From Gammaproteobacteria bacterium (lineage in GTDB: Bacteria > Pseudomonadota > Gammaproteobacteria > Eutrophobiales > Eutrophobiaceae): a DNA stretch of 64,000 nucleotides. Where the stretch lies: contig OZ220696.1 in assembly GCA_965116495.1 (NCBI GenBank), forward strand, positions 736,001 to 800,000, written 5' to 3'. Positions within the stretch are counted from its first letter, which is position 1. Every line of letters begins with the position of its first letter. Positions 48,026 through 58,070 of the stretch are shown here, piece after piece. A model generated the notes under the pieces. That model ran no database searches, was not told the DNA's origin, and saw only the letters and a list, made by a program, of their open reading frames with translations. Position numbers and translations under genes: made by a program.

Positions 48026-49498
48026 TCATTCAGTTTCCGCGACCAGGTGGGCTTGTATCTCCGTTGTTATTTCCCGGGACTGTCGGATCTCCTCACCCGA
48101 TAGTTCCTGCAGTAAGAAATCCCGCCGGTGGATATCCATCCGGTTGCCGGTCTCAGCCAGTAGATTGTACCAGGCAAGTGCCAGAGGCTTGTTTTGTTCG
48201 ATACTTTCCTGGCCATCCAGATATATTACTGCCAGGCTGCGTTGTGCGATGGTATGACCCTGCCTGGCTGATTTTTCATACCATTCAACAGCCTTGGTTA
48301 AATCTTTACCGGTCCCGTTACCGTTGGCATAAGCCACGCCCAGGCGATACTGGGCCGGGGCATAACCCTGTTGTGCTGACCTGGTAAAATGGTCAAAGGC
48401 TTTTAATATATCCTGCTCGAGGGTATCGCCTGTGGCGTAAGCCATACCCAGTTCGTAATTGGACACGGCGCTTGAGCCACCCAAGGGGGCAGGGCGTTGT
48501 GTTGTTGTCGAATCTGCGCTTTCCACCGTATCGGGTTTATCGCCGCCTGTCCCAGTCTGCTCCACAGCGGCAGCGGGTTTCTCTTCTTCCACATCATCCT
48601 TGCTGAACAGTCGAGAGAAAAAACCTTTTTTACTGCCTTTGGAGGCGGATGAACCGGCTTCCTCCTGATCCTTGACCAAAGCGATTTTCGTCTCGCTGCG
48701 TTCAGCCGGCGGTTGTGGAGCAGGTATGTCTTCCGGTGCCTGCGGTTCCTGTTCAGACCTGACAGGCTGCGCCGCGGTTTTATCGCCCCTGTTGAATATG
48801 CGTTTGAAGAAACCGCGTTTTTCTTTCTTTCCCCCGGCAGCAGTTCTGTCCGGCGCCTTGAGGGGTGGCAGAGAGGCTGCCTCGCGCTCCAGTACCTCGC
48901 TGGTCTTTGCCGTACTGATGCGCTGCAGGCTGGACAGGTTGCTTCTTGCATCCCCATGGCCTTGCTGTGCGGCTTTTTCATACCAGTGCGCAGCTTCGCT
49001 GTCACTCTGTCGCACACCTTCTCCCATCAGGTACATATTGCCAAGGCGATATTGAGCTTCAGCATATCCTAGTTCGGCCGCGCGGGCATACCAGCGCGAT
49101 GCCCGTATCACATCAGCTTCAACGCCTGCGCCACGATGATACAGTGCGCCCAGCTCATACTGGGCATGCGCATGGTCCTGTAAGGCAAGAGAGTAAAACA
49201 GGTCATAGGCGATATCGAACTCCTGGTTTTGCAATGCAGTGTTGGCTGCGGTCATTGTCTCGGCATCCATACCGGTTTGATCGGGATCCATAACTGCGCC
49301 GATATTTTCATCAGTTGCGGTTGCTTCAGGGATTTTCTCGTCATCCGGCTCCGCAGTGATTGTTTCCCCATCTTCATCCTCCTCCAGCAGCAGATCAGGG
49401 TCGATGATTTCATAGTCGCTATCGTCAGCGCCATTGGCAGGATTGACTCCGAGGGCAAGGATAATGAGAAAACAGATGGCGGGTGAATATCGGATCAT
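48026..49498 (-). CDS. Secreted SEL1-like repeat protein with disordered linker
   Basis: Signal peptide; AQYELG, AQYRLG..Y..G.G repeats in two clusters. Confidence 0.85.
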   Translation of the reverse strand: MIRYSPAICFLIILALGVNPANGADDSDYEIIDPDLLLEEDEDGETITAEPDDEKIPEATATDENIGAVMDPDQTGMDAETMTAANTALQNQEFDIAYDLFYSLALQDHAHAQYELGALYHRGAGVEADVIRASRWYARAAELGYAEAQYRLGNMYLMGEGVRQSDSEAAHWYEKAAQQGHGDARSNLSSLQRISTAKTSEVLEREAASLPPLKAPDRTAAGGKKEKRGFFKRIFNRGDKTAAQPVRSEQEPQAPEDIPAPQPPAERSETKIALVKDQEEAGSSASKGSKKGFFSRLFSKDDVEEEKPAAAVEQTGTGGDKPDTVESADSTTTQRPAPLGGSSAVSNYELGMAYATGDTLEQDILKAFDHFTRSAQQGYAPAQYRLGVAYANGNGTGKDLTKAVEWYEKSARQGHTIAQRSLAVIYLDGQESIEQNKPLALAWYNLLAETGNRMDIHRRDFLLQELSGEEIRQSREITTEIQAHLVAETE

Positions 49499-49571
49499 GA
49501 GTGACACATATGTACTATTTTAATATGCTGCATATTGTAGTAAAAAACTCCATAAAATGACACAGGGTCTC

Positions 49572-50645
49572 ATGGATAATCGCAAGATCATTCATATAGA
49601 TATGGATGCATATTATGCCTCGGTCGAACAGCGGGACAACCCCGGGTACCGGGGCAGACCGGTAATTGTAGGGGGCGCCCCGGAACGCCGCGGGGTTGTG
49701 GCTGCGTGCAGTTACGAGGCAAGAAAATTCGGCATTCACTCGGCCATGCCTTCGGCCAGGGCGGTGAAACTGTGTCCACGGGCAATATTCATTAAACCGA
49801 GATTTGATGTCTATCGCCGTATCTCGGAGCAAATCAGGGCAATATTTCGTGAATATACAGACCTTGTTGAACCCCTGTCCCTGGATGAGGCCTACCTGGA
49901 TGTAAGCGATTGTAAATTATACCAGGGTTCTGCGACGCGTATTGCCCGGGAACTCAAAGCGAAAATCAAGGCTGCAACGGGCCTGACCGCGTCGGCAGGC
50001 GTATCCTACAATAAATTCCTGGCCAAAATTTCATCAGACATGGATAAACCTGACGGTCTTTACGTGGTGACCCCGGACGCAGGTGAAGCCTTCGTCGAGA
50101 GTCTTCCCATAGGCCGGTTTTTTGGAGTCGGCAAGGCAACGGAAGCCAGGATGAAGAAACTGAATATTAGCACTGGCGCTGATCTCAAGTTGCTCAATCA
50201 AGAACAATTGCGTCGGCATTTTGGAAAGACCGGTGATTTTTATTACCACATTGCCCGGGGCATAGACATGCGTCCGGTAAGCAACAGGCGGGAACGCAAG
50301 TCCATCAGCAGTGAGACGACATTCATGGAAGACTTGAGCGACAGGCAGGAGATGCTGAAGAGCCTGGATGCGCTTGCAGATGGCACGATACAAACCCTGA
50401 CAGAAAAACAGTTATCGGCAAGAACACTGACCATCAAGGTCAAATATGCAGACTTTCAACAGGTAACACGCAGCAAAACCCTCCCGGAACCTTTTGCCGC
50501 GGCTGTTCCAATCAGACCGGTTCTGGCTGAATTGCTGGCAAAGACCGACGCCGGTAAACGCCGGGTCAGGTTACTGGGGGTGGGGGTATCAAACCTGCAA
50601 CCACTGTCGGCCATGCAGACACAGCAACAGACCAACCTGCTGTAA
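49572..50645 (+). CDS. dinB: DNA polymerase IV
   Basis: KIIHIDMDAYYASVE, SLDEAYLD, NKFLAKI..D..KPDG, C-terminal QTNLL clamp motif. Confidence 0.95.
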   Translation: MDNRKIIHIDMDAYYASVEQRDNPGYRGRPVIVGGAPERRGVVAACSYEARKFGIHSAMPSARAVKLCPRAIFIKPRFDVYRRISEQIRAIFREYTDLVEPLSLDEAYLDVSDCKLYQGSATRIARELKAKIKAATGLTASAGVSYNKFLAKISSDMDKPDGLYVVTPDAGEAFVESLPIGRFFGVGKATEARMKKLNISTGADLKLLNQEQLRRHFGKTGDFYYHIARGIDMRPVSNRRERKSISSETTFMEDLSDRQEMLKSLDALADGTIQTLTEKQLSARTLTIKVKYADFQQVTRSKTLPEPFAAAVPIRPVLAELLAKTDAGKRRVRLLGVGVSNLQPLSAMQTQQQTNLL

Positions 50646-50882
50646 ACAGGGAGCCAGGCAATTTTGACGGGCCGTCCGAGGGTCGTTCGCTATCCACATG
50701 GCAGGTCGAATTCGCAGAAAACGTGATCTGCCCCCCCATGCATGATACTGTAATCATATCTCCGCTATTTTCAAACTGAAGGCGACCATGACGGTAAGCC
50801 CGCATTTCTCACCAGTTGATGCGATTATCGCGCCGGATTTTTGCCGCCAGCGGGTGCCTGCGACCGAGAGCATAGCCGTAGT

Positions 50883-50954
50883 TGATGCGCCCCATCCTTG
50901 GGTCGCACTCTGCGAGCAACCTTCGGTCGTCCAAATCTGCTCCGGGCAGATTTG
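50883..50954 (-). repeat. 72-bp four-hairpin unit A
   Basis: Minus strand CAAATCTGC..GCAGATTTG GA CGACC-GAA-GGTTG CTC-GCA-GAG TGCGACCCA-AGGA-TGGGGCGCA TCA; absent from MITE copy 1. Confidence 0.8.
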
Positions 50955-50967
50955 TCTGGTTGAGGGA

Positions 50968-51039
50968 CAAATCGTCAGGATAGACGATTTGCACGGCGAC
51001 AGCCGCCCGAAGGGTAGCGCCCAGGAATGGGCGCAATGA
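50968..51039 (+). repeat. 72-bp four-hairpin unit B
   Basis: CAAATCGTC..GACGATTTG CA CGGC-GACA-GCCG CCC-GAA-GGG TAGCGCCCA-GGAA-TGGGCGCAA TGA. Confidence 0.85.
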
Positions 51040-51074
51040 GCACGTGCCCGCTGGCGGCAAAAAGACAAGCGAGA

Positions 51075-51146
51075 CAAATCGGCAGGACAGCCGATTTGCA
51101 CAGCGACAGCTGCCCGAAGGGTTGCGTACAGGGATGGACGCAATGA
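51075..51146 (+). repeat. 72-bp four-hairpin unit C
   Basis: CAAATCGGC..GCCGATTTG CA CAGC-GACA-GCTG CCC-GAA-GGG TTGCGTACA-GGGA-TGGACGCAA TGA. Confidence 0.85.
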
Positions 51147-51246
51147 ACGCATCAAGCGCAATCTGTTATGTTAATATGATGAGCGGATTGTCATAACGTA
51201 TTGACAGCAAATAACTATCCGATGACGACAAGCGAACTGGTGAGAA

Positions 51247-52650
51247 ATGCGGGCTAAGACACTCTATGACAAATTATGGGATGAACACCTGGTAAAGGAC
51301 TACGGTAATGGCGCCTGCCTGCTTTACATAGACCGACAGTTGGTGCATGAGGTGACATCACCCCAGGCATTTGAAGGACTGAGGCTGGCAGGACGCAAAC
51401 CCTGGCGCCGGTCAGCGAGTCTTGCCGTCCCTGATCACAACGTGCCCACACGGGACAGAGGCAGTATTAATGACCCCGTTTCAAGGAAACAACTGGATGC
51501 CCTGGACAGTAACGTCAGGGAATGGCGCATACCTTATTTTGAATTATTTGATGAGCGGCAGGGAATTGTACATGTTATCGGTCCCGAGCAGGGTGCTTCC
51601 CTGCCGGGTATGACTGTTGTCTGCGGGGATTCCCACACCACCACCAACGGTGCGCTGGCCGCCCTGGCGATCGGTATCGGCACATCCGAGGTGGAACATG
51701 TGCTGGCCACCCAGACCCTGGTAGCCAGAAAATCGAAAAACCTGCTCGTTAATGTTGTAAACAGGCTGGCTTCGGGTGTCACTGCCAAAGACCTGGTCCT
51801 GCATATCATCGGCAGGATCGGCACTGCGGGCGGCGTTGGGTTTGCAATTGAATTTGCCGGTGAAGGTGTTGCAACCCTGTCCATGGAGGGACGGATGACC
51901 TTGTGTAATATGGCCATTGAAGCCGGCGCCCGTACCGGACTTGTGGCCGCTGATGATACTACCGTCGACTATGTGAGGGGGCGTCCATACGCCCCGTCAG
52001 GAAGTGACTGGGACAACGCCGTGGCAGTCTGGAAGGACCTGCATAGCGATCCGGATGCCGTGTTTGACCGAAGCATCGAGATCGATGCCGAACAGGTGCA
52101 GCCCTGTGTAACCTGGGGTACTTCACCGGAGATGGTGGCGTCAATCGAAGATGAGGTCCCGGACCCGGCCGGCGAAGCTGATCCGGTAAAACGGGAAGGC
52201 ATGCAGAACGCCCTGGCATATATGGACCTGGTTCCGGGTACGCCCATACGTGAAATCAGGCCGGATAAGGTATTTATCGGTTCCTGTACAAATTCACGTA
52301 TTGAGGACCTTAGAGAAGCCGCCCGTGTGGTCGCCGGCAAGCAGGTCGCGGGCAGTGTTAAACAGGCCCTGGTCGTCCCGGGTTCCGGGCTGGTTAAGCG
52401 TCAGGCGGAGACGGAGGGACTGGATGTGATTTTCACGGATGCCGGCTTTGAATGGCGCGAACCGGGTTGTTCCATGTGCCTGGGGATGAATGAAGACAGG
52501 TTGAGCGCAGGGGAACGCTGCGCATCCACCTCAAATCGTAATTTCGAGGGGCGCCAGGGCGCGGGGGGACGTACGCACCTCGTCAGCCCCGCCATGGCAG
52601 CTGCTGCGGGCATAGCAGGTCATTTTATCGACGTGCGCGACCTGCATTAA
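51247..52650 (+). CDS. leuC: 3-isopropylmalate dehydratase large subunit
   Basis: [44 protein letters not shown]. Confidence 0.97.
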   Translation: MRAKTLYDKLWDEHLVKDYGNGACLLYIDRQLVHEVTSPQAFEGLRLAGRKPWRRSASLAVPDHNVPTRDRGSINDPVSRKQLDALDSNVREWRIPYFELFDERQGIVHVIGPEQGASLPGMTVVCGDSHTTTNGALAALAIGIGTSEVEHVLATQTLVARKSKNLLVNVVNRLASGVTAKDLVLHIIGRIGTAGGVGFAIEFAGEGVATLSMEGRMTLCNMAIEAGARTGLVAADDTTVDYVRGRPYAPSGSDWDNAVAVWKDLHSDPDAVFDRSIEIDAEQVQPCVTWGTSPEMVASIEDEVPDPAGEADPVKREGMQNALAYMDLVPGTPIREIRPDKVFIGSCTNSRIEDLREAARVVAGKQVAGSVKQALVVPGSGLVKRQAETEGLDVIFTDAGFEWREPGCSMCLGMNEDRLSAGERCASTSNRNFEGRQGAGGRTHLVSPAMAAAAGIAGHFIDVRDLH

Positions 52651-52677
52651 TCACAATAATCCGTACATAATATAACC

Positions 52678-53325
52678 ATGCAAGCATTCACGACAATCGA
52701 TGGCCTGGTCGCACCCCTGGACCGATCCAACGTCGATACTGACGCAATGATTCCCAAGCAATTCCTGAAATCCATTCACCGAACCGGGTTTGGTCCAAAC
52801 CTGTTTGATGCCTGGCGCTATCTTGACGTGGGAGAACCGGAACAGGATAACAGCCAACGCCCGTTACGGAAGGATTTTATACTTAATATGCCGCGTTACC
52901 AGGGCGCGGAAATACTCCTGGCCCGGGAAAATTTCGGCTGTGGTTCATCCAGGGAACACGCTGTCTGGGCTTTATATGAATATGGTTTCCGTTGTGTTAT
53001 GGCGCCGAGTTTCGGTGACATCTTTTTCACTAATGCCGGCAAGAATGGTTTACTGACCATCATCCTTGCAGCACAACAGATCGATCGGCTGTTCAAGGAG
53101 GTCGCAGCCACTGAAGGATATCGACTTGAGGTTGACTTGCGCATGCAGGCGATTACAACTCCATCCGGCGAGAAACTGACATTTGATATCGAGCAGTCGC
53201 TCAAGCAGAGGCTGTTAATGGGCCTGGATGATATCGCTGTCACCTTGGAGAACAGTGATTTGATTCGGGATTATGAACGGCAACGGGCAAAAACAAGGCC
53301 ATGGCTGTTCCCGGACCTGAGCTGA
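52678..53325 (+). CDS. leuD: 3-isopropylmalate dehydratase small subunit
   Basis: [24 protein letters not shown]. Confidence 0.97.
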   Translation: MQAFTTIDGLVAPLDRSNVDTDAMIPKQFLKSIHRTGFGPNLFDAWRYLDVGEPEQDNSQRPLRKDFILNMPRYQGAEILLARENFGCGSSREHAVWALYEYGFRCVMAPSFGDIFFTNAGKNGLLTIILAAQQIDRLFKEVAATEGYRLEVDLRMQAITTPSGEKLTFDIEQSLKQRLLMGLDDIAVTLENSDLIRDYERQRAKTRPWLFPDLS

Positions 53326-53388
53326 GATATACAGGGGACGGACTTGAGCAGAGCTTCCTTTACCAATCAAAATTATTGAAGCGCTACC

Positions 53389-54573
53389 ATGAAAGAAGCT
53401 GTAATCGTTGCGGCAGCACGTACGCCTATCGGCAGGGCCTGGCGCGGCGCGTTCAACAATACCAAGGCGCCGACCCTGGGTGGTCACGTTATCCGCACAG
53501 CCGTGCGGCGCGCCGGCATAGAGGCAGACGAGGTTGATGACGTCATAATGGGTTGTGCCATGCAAATCGGAACAACCGGCTGGAATATAGGCAGAACGAG
53601 TGCCTTTGCCGCGGGCCTCCCGGCGACAACGAGTGGTATGTCCGTGGACCGGCAATGTGCCTCAGGGATGATTGCAATCGCAAACGCGGCAAAACAAATC
53701 ATACTGGATAACACGCCCGTGGTAGTGGCGGCAGGTCTTGACAGCATCAGCCTGGTCCAGAACGAAGCTTTTGAACTGATGAGCAGGAACACAGATGAGT
53801 CCGTAACCCGGCTCAGTGCTCATGCATATATGCCCATGTTGCAGACCGCGGAAATAGTAGCCCGTCGTTACCGGATCAGCCGCGAAACCCAGGATGAATA
53901 TGCCTTGCAGAGCCAGCAACGGACAGCTACTGCCCAACAAGCGGGAAAATTTGACGAGGAACTGGCGCCCCTGGCCTCAACCAAGGCCATAGTCAACAAA
54001 GAAACCAAGGAAATAAGCTACCAGGAAGTTGTATTGAAACAGGATGAAGGCAACCGTCCCGAAACAACCCTGGAAGGCCTGCAGGGGCTGGCGCCGGTGA
54101 TTGAAGGGGGTTGTATTACAGCAGGAAATGCCAGTCAACTGTCTGATGGAGCATCTGCCTGTGTGTTGATGGACCGGCGCCTGGCAGAAACAAAAAACCT
54201 GGAGCCGCTGGGCGTTTACCGCGGGCTTGCCGTTAGCGGTCTGGAACCCGATGAGATGGGTATCGGGCCGGTTTATGCCGTACCTAAATTGCTGAAACAA
54301 AATGGTTTGACTATGGATGACGTTGACCTGTGGGAACTCAATGAGGCCTTTGCCGTGCAAGTGGTCTATTGTCGCGACAAGCTGGGTATTCCTAACGATT
54401 TACTCAACGTAAACGGAGGGGCTATTTCCATCGGCCACCCATATGGCATGTCCGGGAATCGCATGGTGGCACACGCCCTGGTAGAAGGTAAACGGCGCGC
54501 AGCAAAATATGTAGTCTGCACAATGTGTGTCGGCGGCGGTATGGGCGCCGCAGGTTTGTTCGAAGTAACCTGA
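53389..54573 (+). CDS. Acetyl-CoA C-acyltransferase (thiolase)
   Basis: [24 protein letters not shown]. Confidence 0.92.
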   Translation: MKEAVIVAAARTPIGRAWRGAFNNTKAPTLGGHVIRTAVRRAGIEADEVDDVIMGCAMQIGTTGWNIGRTSAFAAGLPATTSGMSVDRQCASGMIAIANAAKQIILDNTPVVVAAGLDSISLVQNEAFELMSRNTDESVTRLSAHAYMPMLQTAEIVARRYRISRETQDEYALQSQQRTATAQQAGKFDEELAPLASTKAIVNKETKEISYQEVVLKQDEGNRPETTLEGLQGLAPVIEGGCITAGNASQLSDGASACVLMDRRLAETKNLEPLGVYRGLAVSGLEPDEMGIGPVYAVPKLLKQNGLTMDDVDLWELNEAFAVQVVYCRDKLGIPNDLLNVNGGAISIGHPYGMSGNRMVAHALVEGKRRAAKYVVCTMCVGGGMGAAGLFEVT

Positions 54574-54683
54574 CCGCTTCACAAAAACTGTTCCAGTCAC
54601 ACCCCCAAGTGACAGGTACGTTGACATTTTTTTTACAGCATATACGATATAAGATACATTAACATGTACATAATGGTCGGGTT

Positions 54684-54965
54684 GTGACAGAAACATATTC
54701 AATCGCCGATGCACGCTATAATTTTCCGAAACTGGTCCATGAGGCAGAACACGGCAAAGTAGTGGGATTAACCCGGCGGGGTGAGCTGGTGGCCATGCTT
54801 ATTGGCCGGCGTCACTTTGAGCAACTTTCCTCCAACTATCGCGGCTTTGCTGAAACATACCGCAGTTTTGTAGTAAATGTTGACCTGGAAAACCTTGATA
54901 TTGATCCCGACAGGCTGTTCTCAATATCACGTAAAGATAAACAGGAACGCAAGGTTGACCTCTGA
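54684..54965 (+). CDS. Phd/YefM-family antitoxin
   Basis: YSIADARYNFPKLV..AE..LTRRG..VAML; TGATG overlap with toxin. Confidence 0.85.
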   Translation: MTETYSIADARYNFPKLVHEAEHGKVVGLTRRGELVAMLIGRRHFEQLSSNYRGFAETYRSFVVNVDLENLDIDPDRLFSISRKDKQERKVDL

Positions 54966-55378
54966 TGGTAAAGTACTTGCTTGATACCGGTGTAATATCG
55001 GAGCCACTGAAATCGCGGCCGTCCGAGGGTATCTTGCGCAGGCTGCGCGAACATGAAGAGGAAGTAGCCATTCCGGCGCTGGTCTGGCATGAGTTACGTT
55101 TCGGAAGTTCGCGTCTTACGCATTTACGCCACAGGGAAGTGATAGCACGTTATATCGAAGATGTGATATTGGCAAGTTTTCCTGTTCTTGATTATGATCA
55201 AAGAGCTGCGGACTGGCACGCCCGCGAACGTGCGAGATTAACGGGCATAGGTCAGGCCCCGTCATTCGTTGTAGGACAGATTGCGGCGATAGCTTATGTC
55301 AACAAGATGACTCTCGTTACATCAAACCCCACCGAGTTCCGCGCGTTTAAAGGATTACAGGTTAGAAACTGGTCGTAA
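54965..55378 (+). CDS. vapC: VapC PIN toxin (conserved Asp apparently replaced)
   Basis: YLLDTGVISE, HELRFG, F-V-V-GQIAAIA, LVTSN. Confidence 0.85.
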   Translation: MVKYLLDTGVISEPLKSRPSEGILRRLREHEEEVAIPALVWHELRFGSSRLTHLRHREVIARYIEDVILASFPVLDYDQRAADWHARERARLTGIGQAPSFVVGQIAAIAYVNKMTLVTSNPTEFRAFKGLQVRNWS

Positions 55379-55415
55379 CACGCACAATCCTCACTTTCAG
55401 AAGCGGAGCCACAGT

Positions 55416-57203
55416 TTGAGTAAAACAGACCGGAGCGGACAACCCGATTTAAATTCGGATGAAGCGGCTGAGACCATGGCCGATATTACCGGGCAATATC
55501 ATGATCTGTTGGAAGGTCTCATGTTCCGGCAGGGACAGTCCATACCTGTGAATACCGACCCGATGGGAGCAGGGCAGGCATTCCTTGAACTATCTGCGTC
55601 CCTGATGAAAAATCCCGAAAAACTGGTCGAAGCCCAGGCGAAAGCCTGGACTGCCTATTCGGATCTCTGGTTCAACACCACTAAAACATTTCTGGGCGAG
55701 GCAGCCGGCGAGGTTAGAAAGCCGGAAAAAGGCGACCGTCGTTTCAAACACTCAGCCTGGGATGAAAATCCATTCTTCAATTTTATCAGGCAGTCGTACC
55801 TGCTGACGGCAGACACCATTCACTCTGTTGTCGATGGCGTGGATGGCCTGGATGAAAATACTGCGAGAAAGGCCCGATTTTATACCAGGCAGTTTATCGA
55901 TGCTATGTCGCCGACGAACTTCCTCCTGACCAATCCGGAGGTATTGGAAGCTACCCTGGAGTCGAAGGGGGAAAACCTGCTTAAGGGGATGCGGAATTTT
56001 ATCGATGATTTTGATACTGAAGCAGGCCGGTTACGGATCAAAATGACTGATGACCGGGCGTTTGAACCGGGCAGAAACGTCGCCGTTACTCCGGGTAAAG
56101 TGGTTTTTCAAAACGACCTGCTCCAGTTGCTTCAATACAATGCGACGACCGAACAGAACTTCCGGCAGCCCCTGCTGATCATTCCGCCCTGGATCAATAA
56201 ATATTACGTGCTTGATCTACAACCGCAAAATTCCCTGATTAAGTGGCTGGTCGACCAGGGGCATACGGTATTTGTCGTTTCCTGGGTGAATCCGGACGAG
56301 AAACTGGGGCATATGGATTTTGAAAACTATGTAACGGAAGGGGCCATTGCGGCCATTGACGCGGTGGAAAAGGCTACGGGTGAATCCGGTATCAACCTGG
56401 TCGGCTATTGTATCGGCGGAACACTGCTGGCAGCGACCCTGGCTTATATGCAGGCAAAAGACGACAGGCGAGCGGCTTCAGCTACGTTTTTTGTTTCGCT
56501 CATCGATTTTTCCATTCCCGGAGACCTGGGTGTATTCATTGATGAGCAACAGCTGGAGAACCTGGAAAATGCCATGAATGAGAGAGGCTACCATGACGGC
56601 AAGGAAATGGCTGCCACGTTCAACATGTTGCGCTCCAACGACCTGATCTGGTCATTCTACGTGCATAATTACCTGCTGGGTAAAGAACCGTTTCCGTTTG
56701 ATCTGCTTTACTGGAATGACGATTCGACCCGCCTCCCGGCCAAAATGCACAGCACTTACCTGCGCACCATGTACCTGAAAAACGCATTCAGGGAGCCCGG
56801 AGGGCTGAGCGTCGCCGGTTGCCCCATTGACGTGAGCACCATCCGGACACCGGCGTATTTCATCTCGACGGAAGACGACCATATCGCGCCGTGGGAGGGA
56901 ACCTACCTGGGCGCGCAACTGCTGTCCGGGCCGGTCAAGTTCGTCCTGGGCAAGTCCGGGCATATTGCGGGTATCATCAATCCCCCTGCTGCAAACAAAT
57001 ACGGTTATTATACCGGGGCGACGGTCAAGCTCCCATCCGGTGAATGGCATGACCAGGCCGAACTCCATCCCGGTTCCTGGTGGCCGGACTGGCAGGCGTG
57101 GCTGGAACATTACGCCGGCGACAGGCTCCCGGCGCGCTATCCCGGCAACGCCGATCTAAGTGTTATCGAGGAGGCCCCGGGTAGTTACGTCAAGCAACCT
57201 TGA
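55416..57203 (+). CDS. phaC: Class I polyhydroxyalkanoate synthase
   Basis: DRRF...W, PPWINKYYVLDL, GYCIGG lipase box, DHIAPW, SGHIAG. Confidence 0.95.
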   Translation: MSKTDRSGQPDLNSDEAAETMADITGQYHDLLEGLMFRQGQSIPVNTDPMGAGQAFLELSASLMKNPEKLVEAQAKAWTAYSDLWFNTTKTFLGEAAGEVRKPEKGDRRFKHSAWDENPFFNFIRQSYLLTADTIHSVVDGVDGLDENTARKARFYTRQFIDAMSPTNFLLTNPEVLEATLESKGENLLKGMRNFIDDFDTEAGRLRIKMTDDRAFEPGRNVAVTPGKVVFQNDLLQLLQYNATTEQNFRQPLLIIPPWINKYYVLDLQPQNSLIKWLVDQGHTVFVVSWVNPDEKLGHMDFENYVTEGAIAAIDAVEKATGESGINLVGYCIGGTLLAATLAYMQAKDDRRAASATFFVSLIDFSIPGDLGVFIDEQQLENLENAMNERGYHDGKEMAATFNMLRSNDLIWSFYVHNYLLGKEPFPFDLLYWNDDSTRLPAKMHSTYLRTMYLKNAFREPGGLSVAGCPIDVSTIRTPAYFISTEDDHIAPWEGTYLGAQLLSGPVKFVLGKSGHIAGIINPPAANKYGYYTGATVKLPSGEWHDQAELHPGSWWPDWQAWLEHYAGDRLPARYPGNADLSVIEEAPGSYVKQP

Positions 57204-57214
57204 TTTTCGTAAAC

Positions 57215-57257
57215 GGGGACGTACATCATAAACGGGGACGGACTTAAGTCCGTCCCC
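57215..57257. repeat. REP-like palindrome with a partial direct copy
   Basis: Perfect GGGGACGGACTTAAGTCCGTCCCC at 57234-57257 preceded by a duplicated TAAACGGGGACG. Confidence 0.8.
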
Positions 57258-57264
57258 ATAGACG

Positions 57265-57969
57265 TTAACAGCGCACCGGCAGGTTTTTGACAATCCTGAT
57301 TTCATCCGGTGAAACACGGGCCTGCCAGGCAATAGCTTCAACACCATTATCAAGGACCTGCCTCAATGTTGCACCATATTTACTGTCTATCGAGTCGGCA
57401 GGTCTGACTTCATATACGTCTTTCCGTTGCACACAAAAACAGATGATCCCGCGCTTTCCTCCAGCCACGACCTCGGCCAGCTCGCGCAGGTGTTTACTGG
57501 CGCGCGCGCTGACAGCATCCGGAAAATAGCCGATGCCGTCACGGGCCAGGGTCACGTTTTTCACTTCGACGTAACAGGATGGTCTCCCGGGGTCTTCCAG
57601 CAGCAGGTCGATACGGCTTTTTTCCTTACCGTAACGTATCTCCTGACGGATACCGGCGTACCCCTGCAGTTGATTTATGGTGCCGTCCCGTATTCCTTCA
57701 AGCACCAGCCTGTTAGGTAAGCCGGTGTTGATACCGACCAGTACACCCGGTGCGGTTTCCACCAGTTCCCAACTCAGGGGGTACTTGCGCTCCGGGTTAC
57801 CTGAATCAGACAACCAGACCCCCGCACCGGGTTCACAGCAACCCAGCATGGAACCGGTATTGGGTGTATGCGCGGTAACAGTCCGGCCGTCATCCAGCGT
57901 TACGTCGGCGAGGAAACGCTTATACCGTTTAATCAACGTGCCGGGGATCAAAGGCTGTCTGAATTTCAT
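57265..57969 (-). CDS. sfsA: DNA/RNA nuclease SfsA
   Basis: LIKRYKRFLADV, HTPNTGSM, SRIDLLL, YVEVKNV, FPDAVS. Confidence 0.95.
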   Translation of the reverse strand: MKFRQPLIPGTLIKRYKRFLADVTLDDGRTVTAHTPNTGSMLGCCEPGAGVWLSDSGNPERKYPLSWELVETAPGVLVGINTGLPNRLVLEGIRDGTINQLQGYAGIRQEIRYGKEKSRIDLLLEDPGRPSCYVEVKNVTLARDGIGYFPDAVSARASKHLRELAEVVAGGKRGIICFCVQRKDVYEVRPADSIDSKYGATLRQVLDNGVEAIAWQARVSPDEIRIVKNLPVRC

Positions 57970-58070
57970 CTGATAACGGAACCCTTGCGGATAAATCCTC
58001 TGTTTAATATCCTGTGTGAATAGATGCCTTATCCGGCTTGTCCTGTACGGCCATGTTCAATTAAAGTGAT

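Larger units (their letters stand above)
50797..51255. mobile_element. MITE family A copy 2 (459 bp = 243 + 3x72), inverted relative to copy 1
   Basis: Perfect 19-bp TIRs AGCCCGCATTTCTCACCAG / CTGGTGAGAAATGCGGGCT; colinear with 20311-20553 apart from three insertions. Confidence 0.9.

Noticed and set aside
50883-51146. 72-bp units as CRISPR repeats, tRNAs or a leu attenuator
   Set aside because: Mixed orientations, 13- and 35-bp gaps made of MITE sequence, no closing acceptor stem or T-loop, and no Leu-rich leader peptide.
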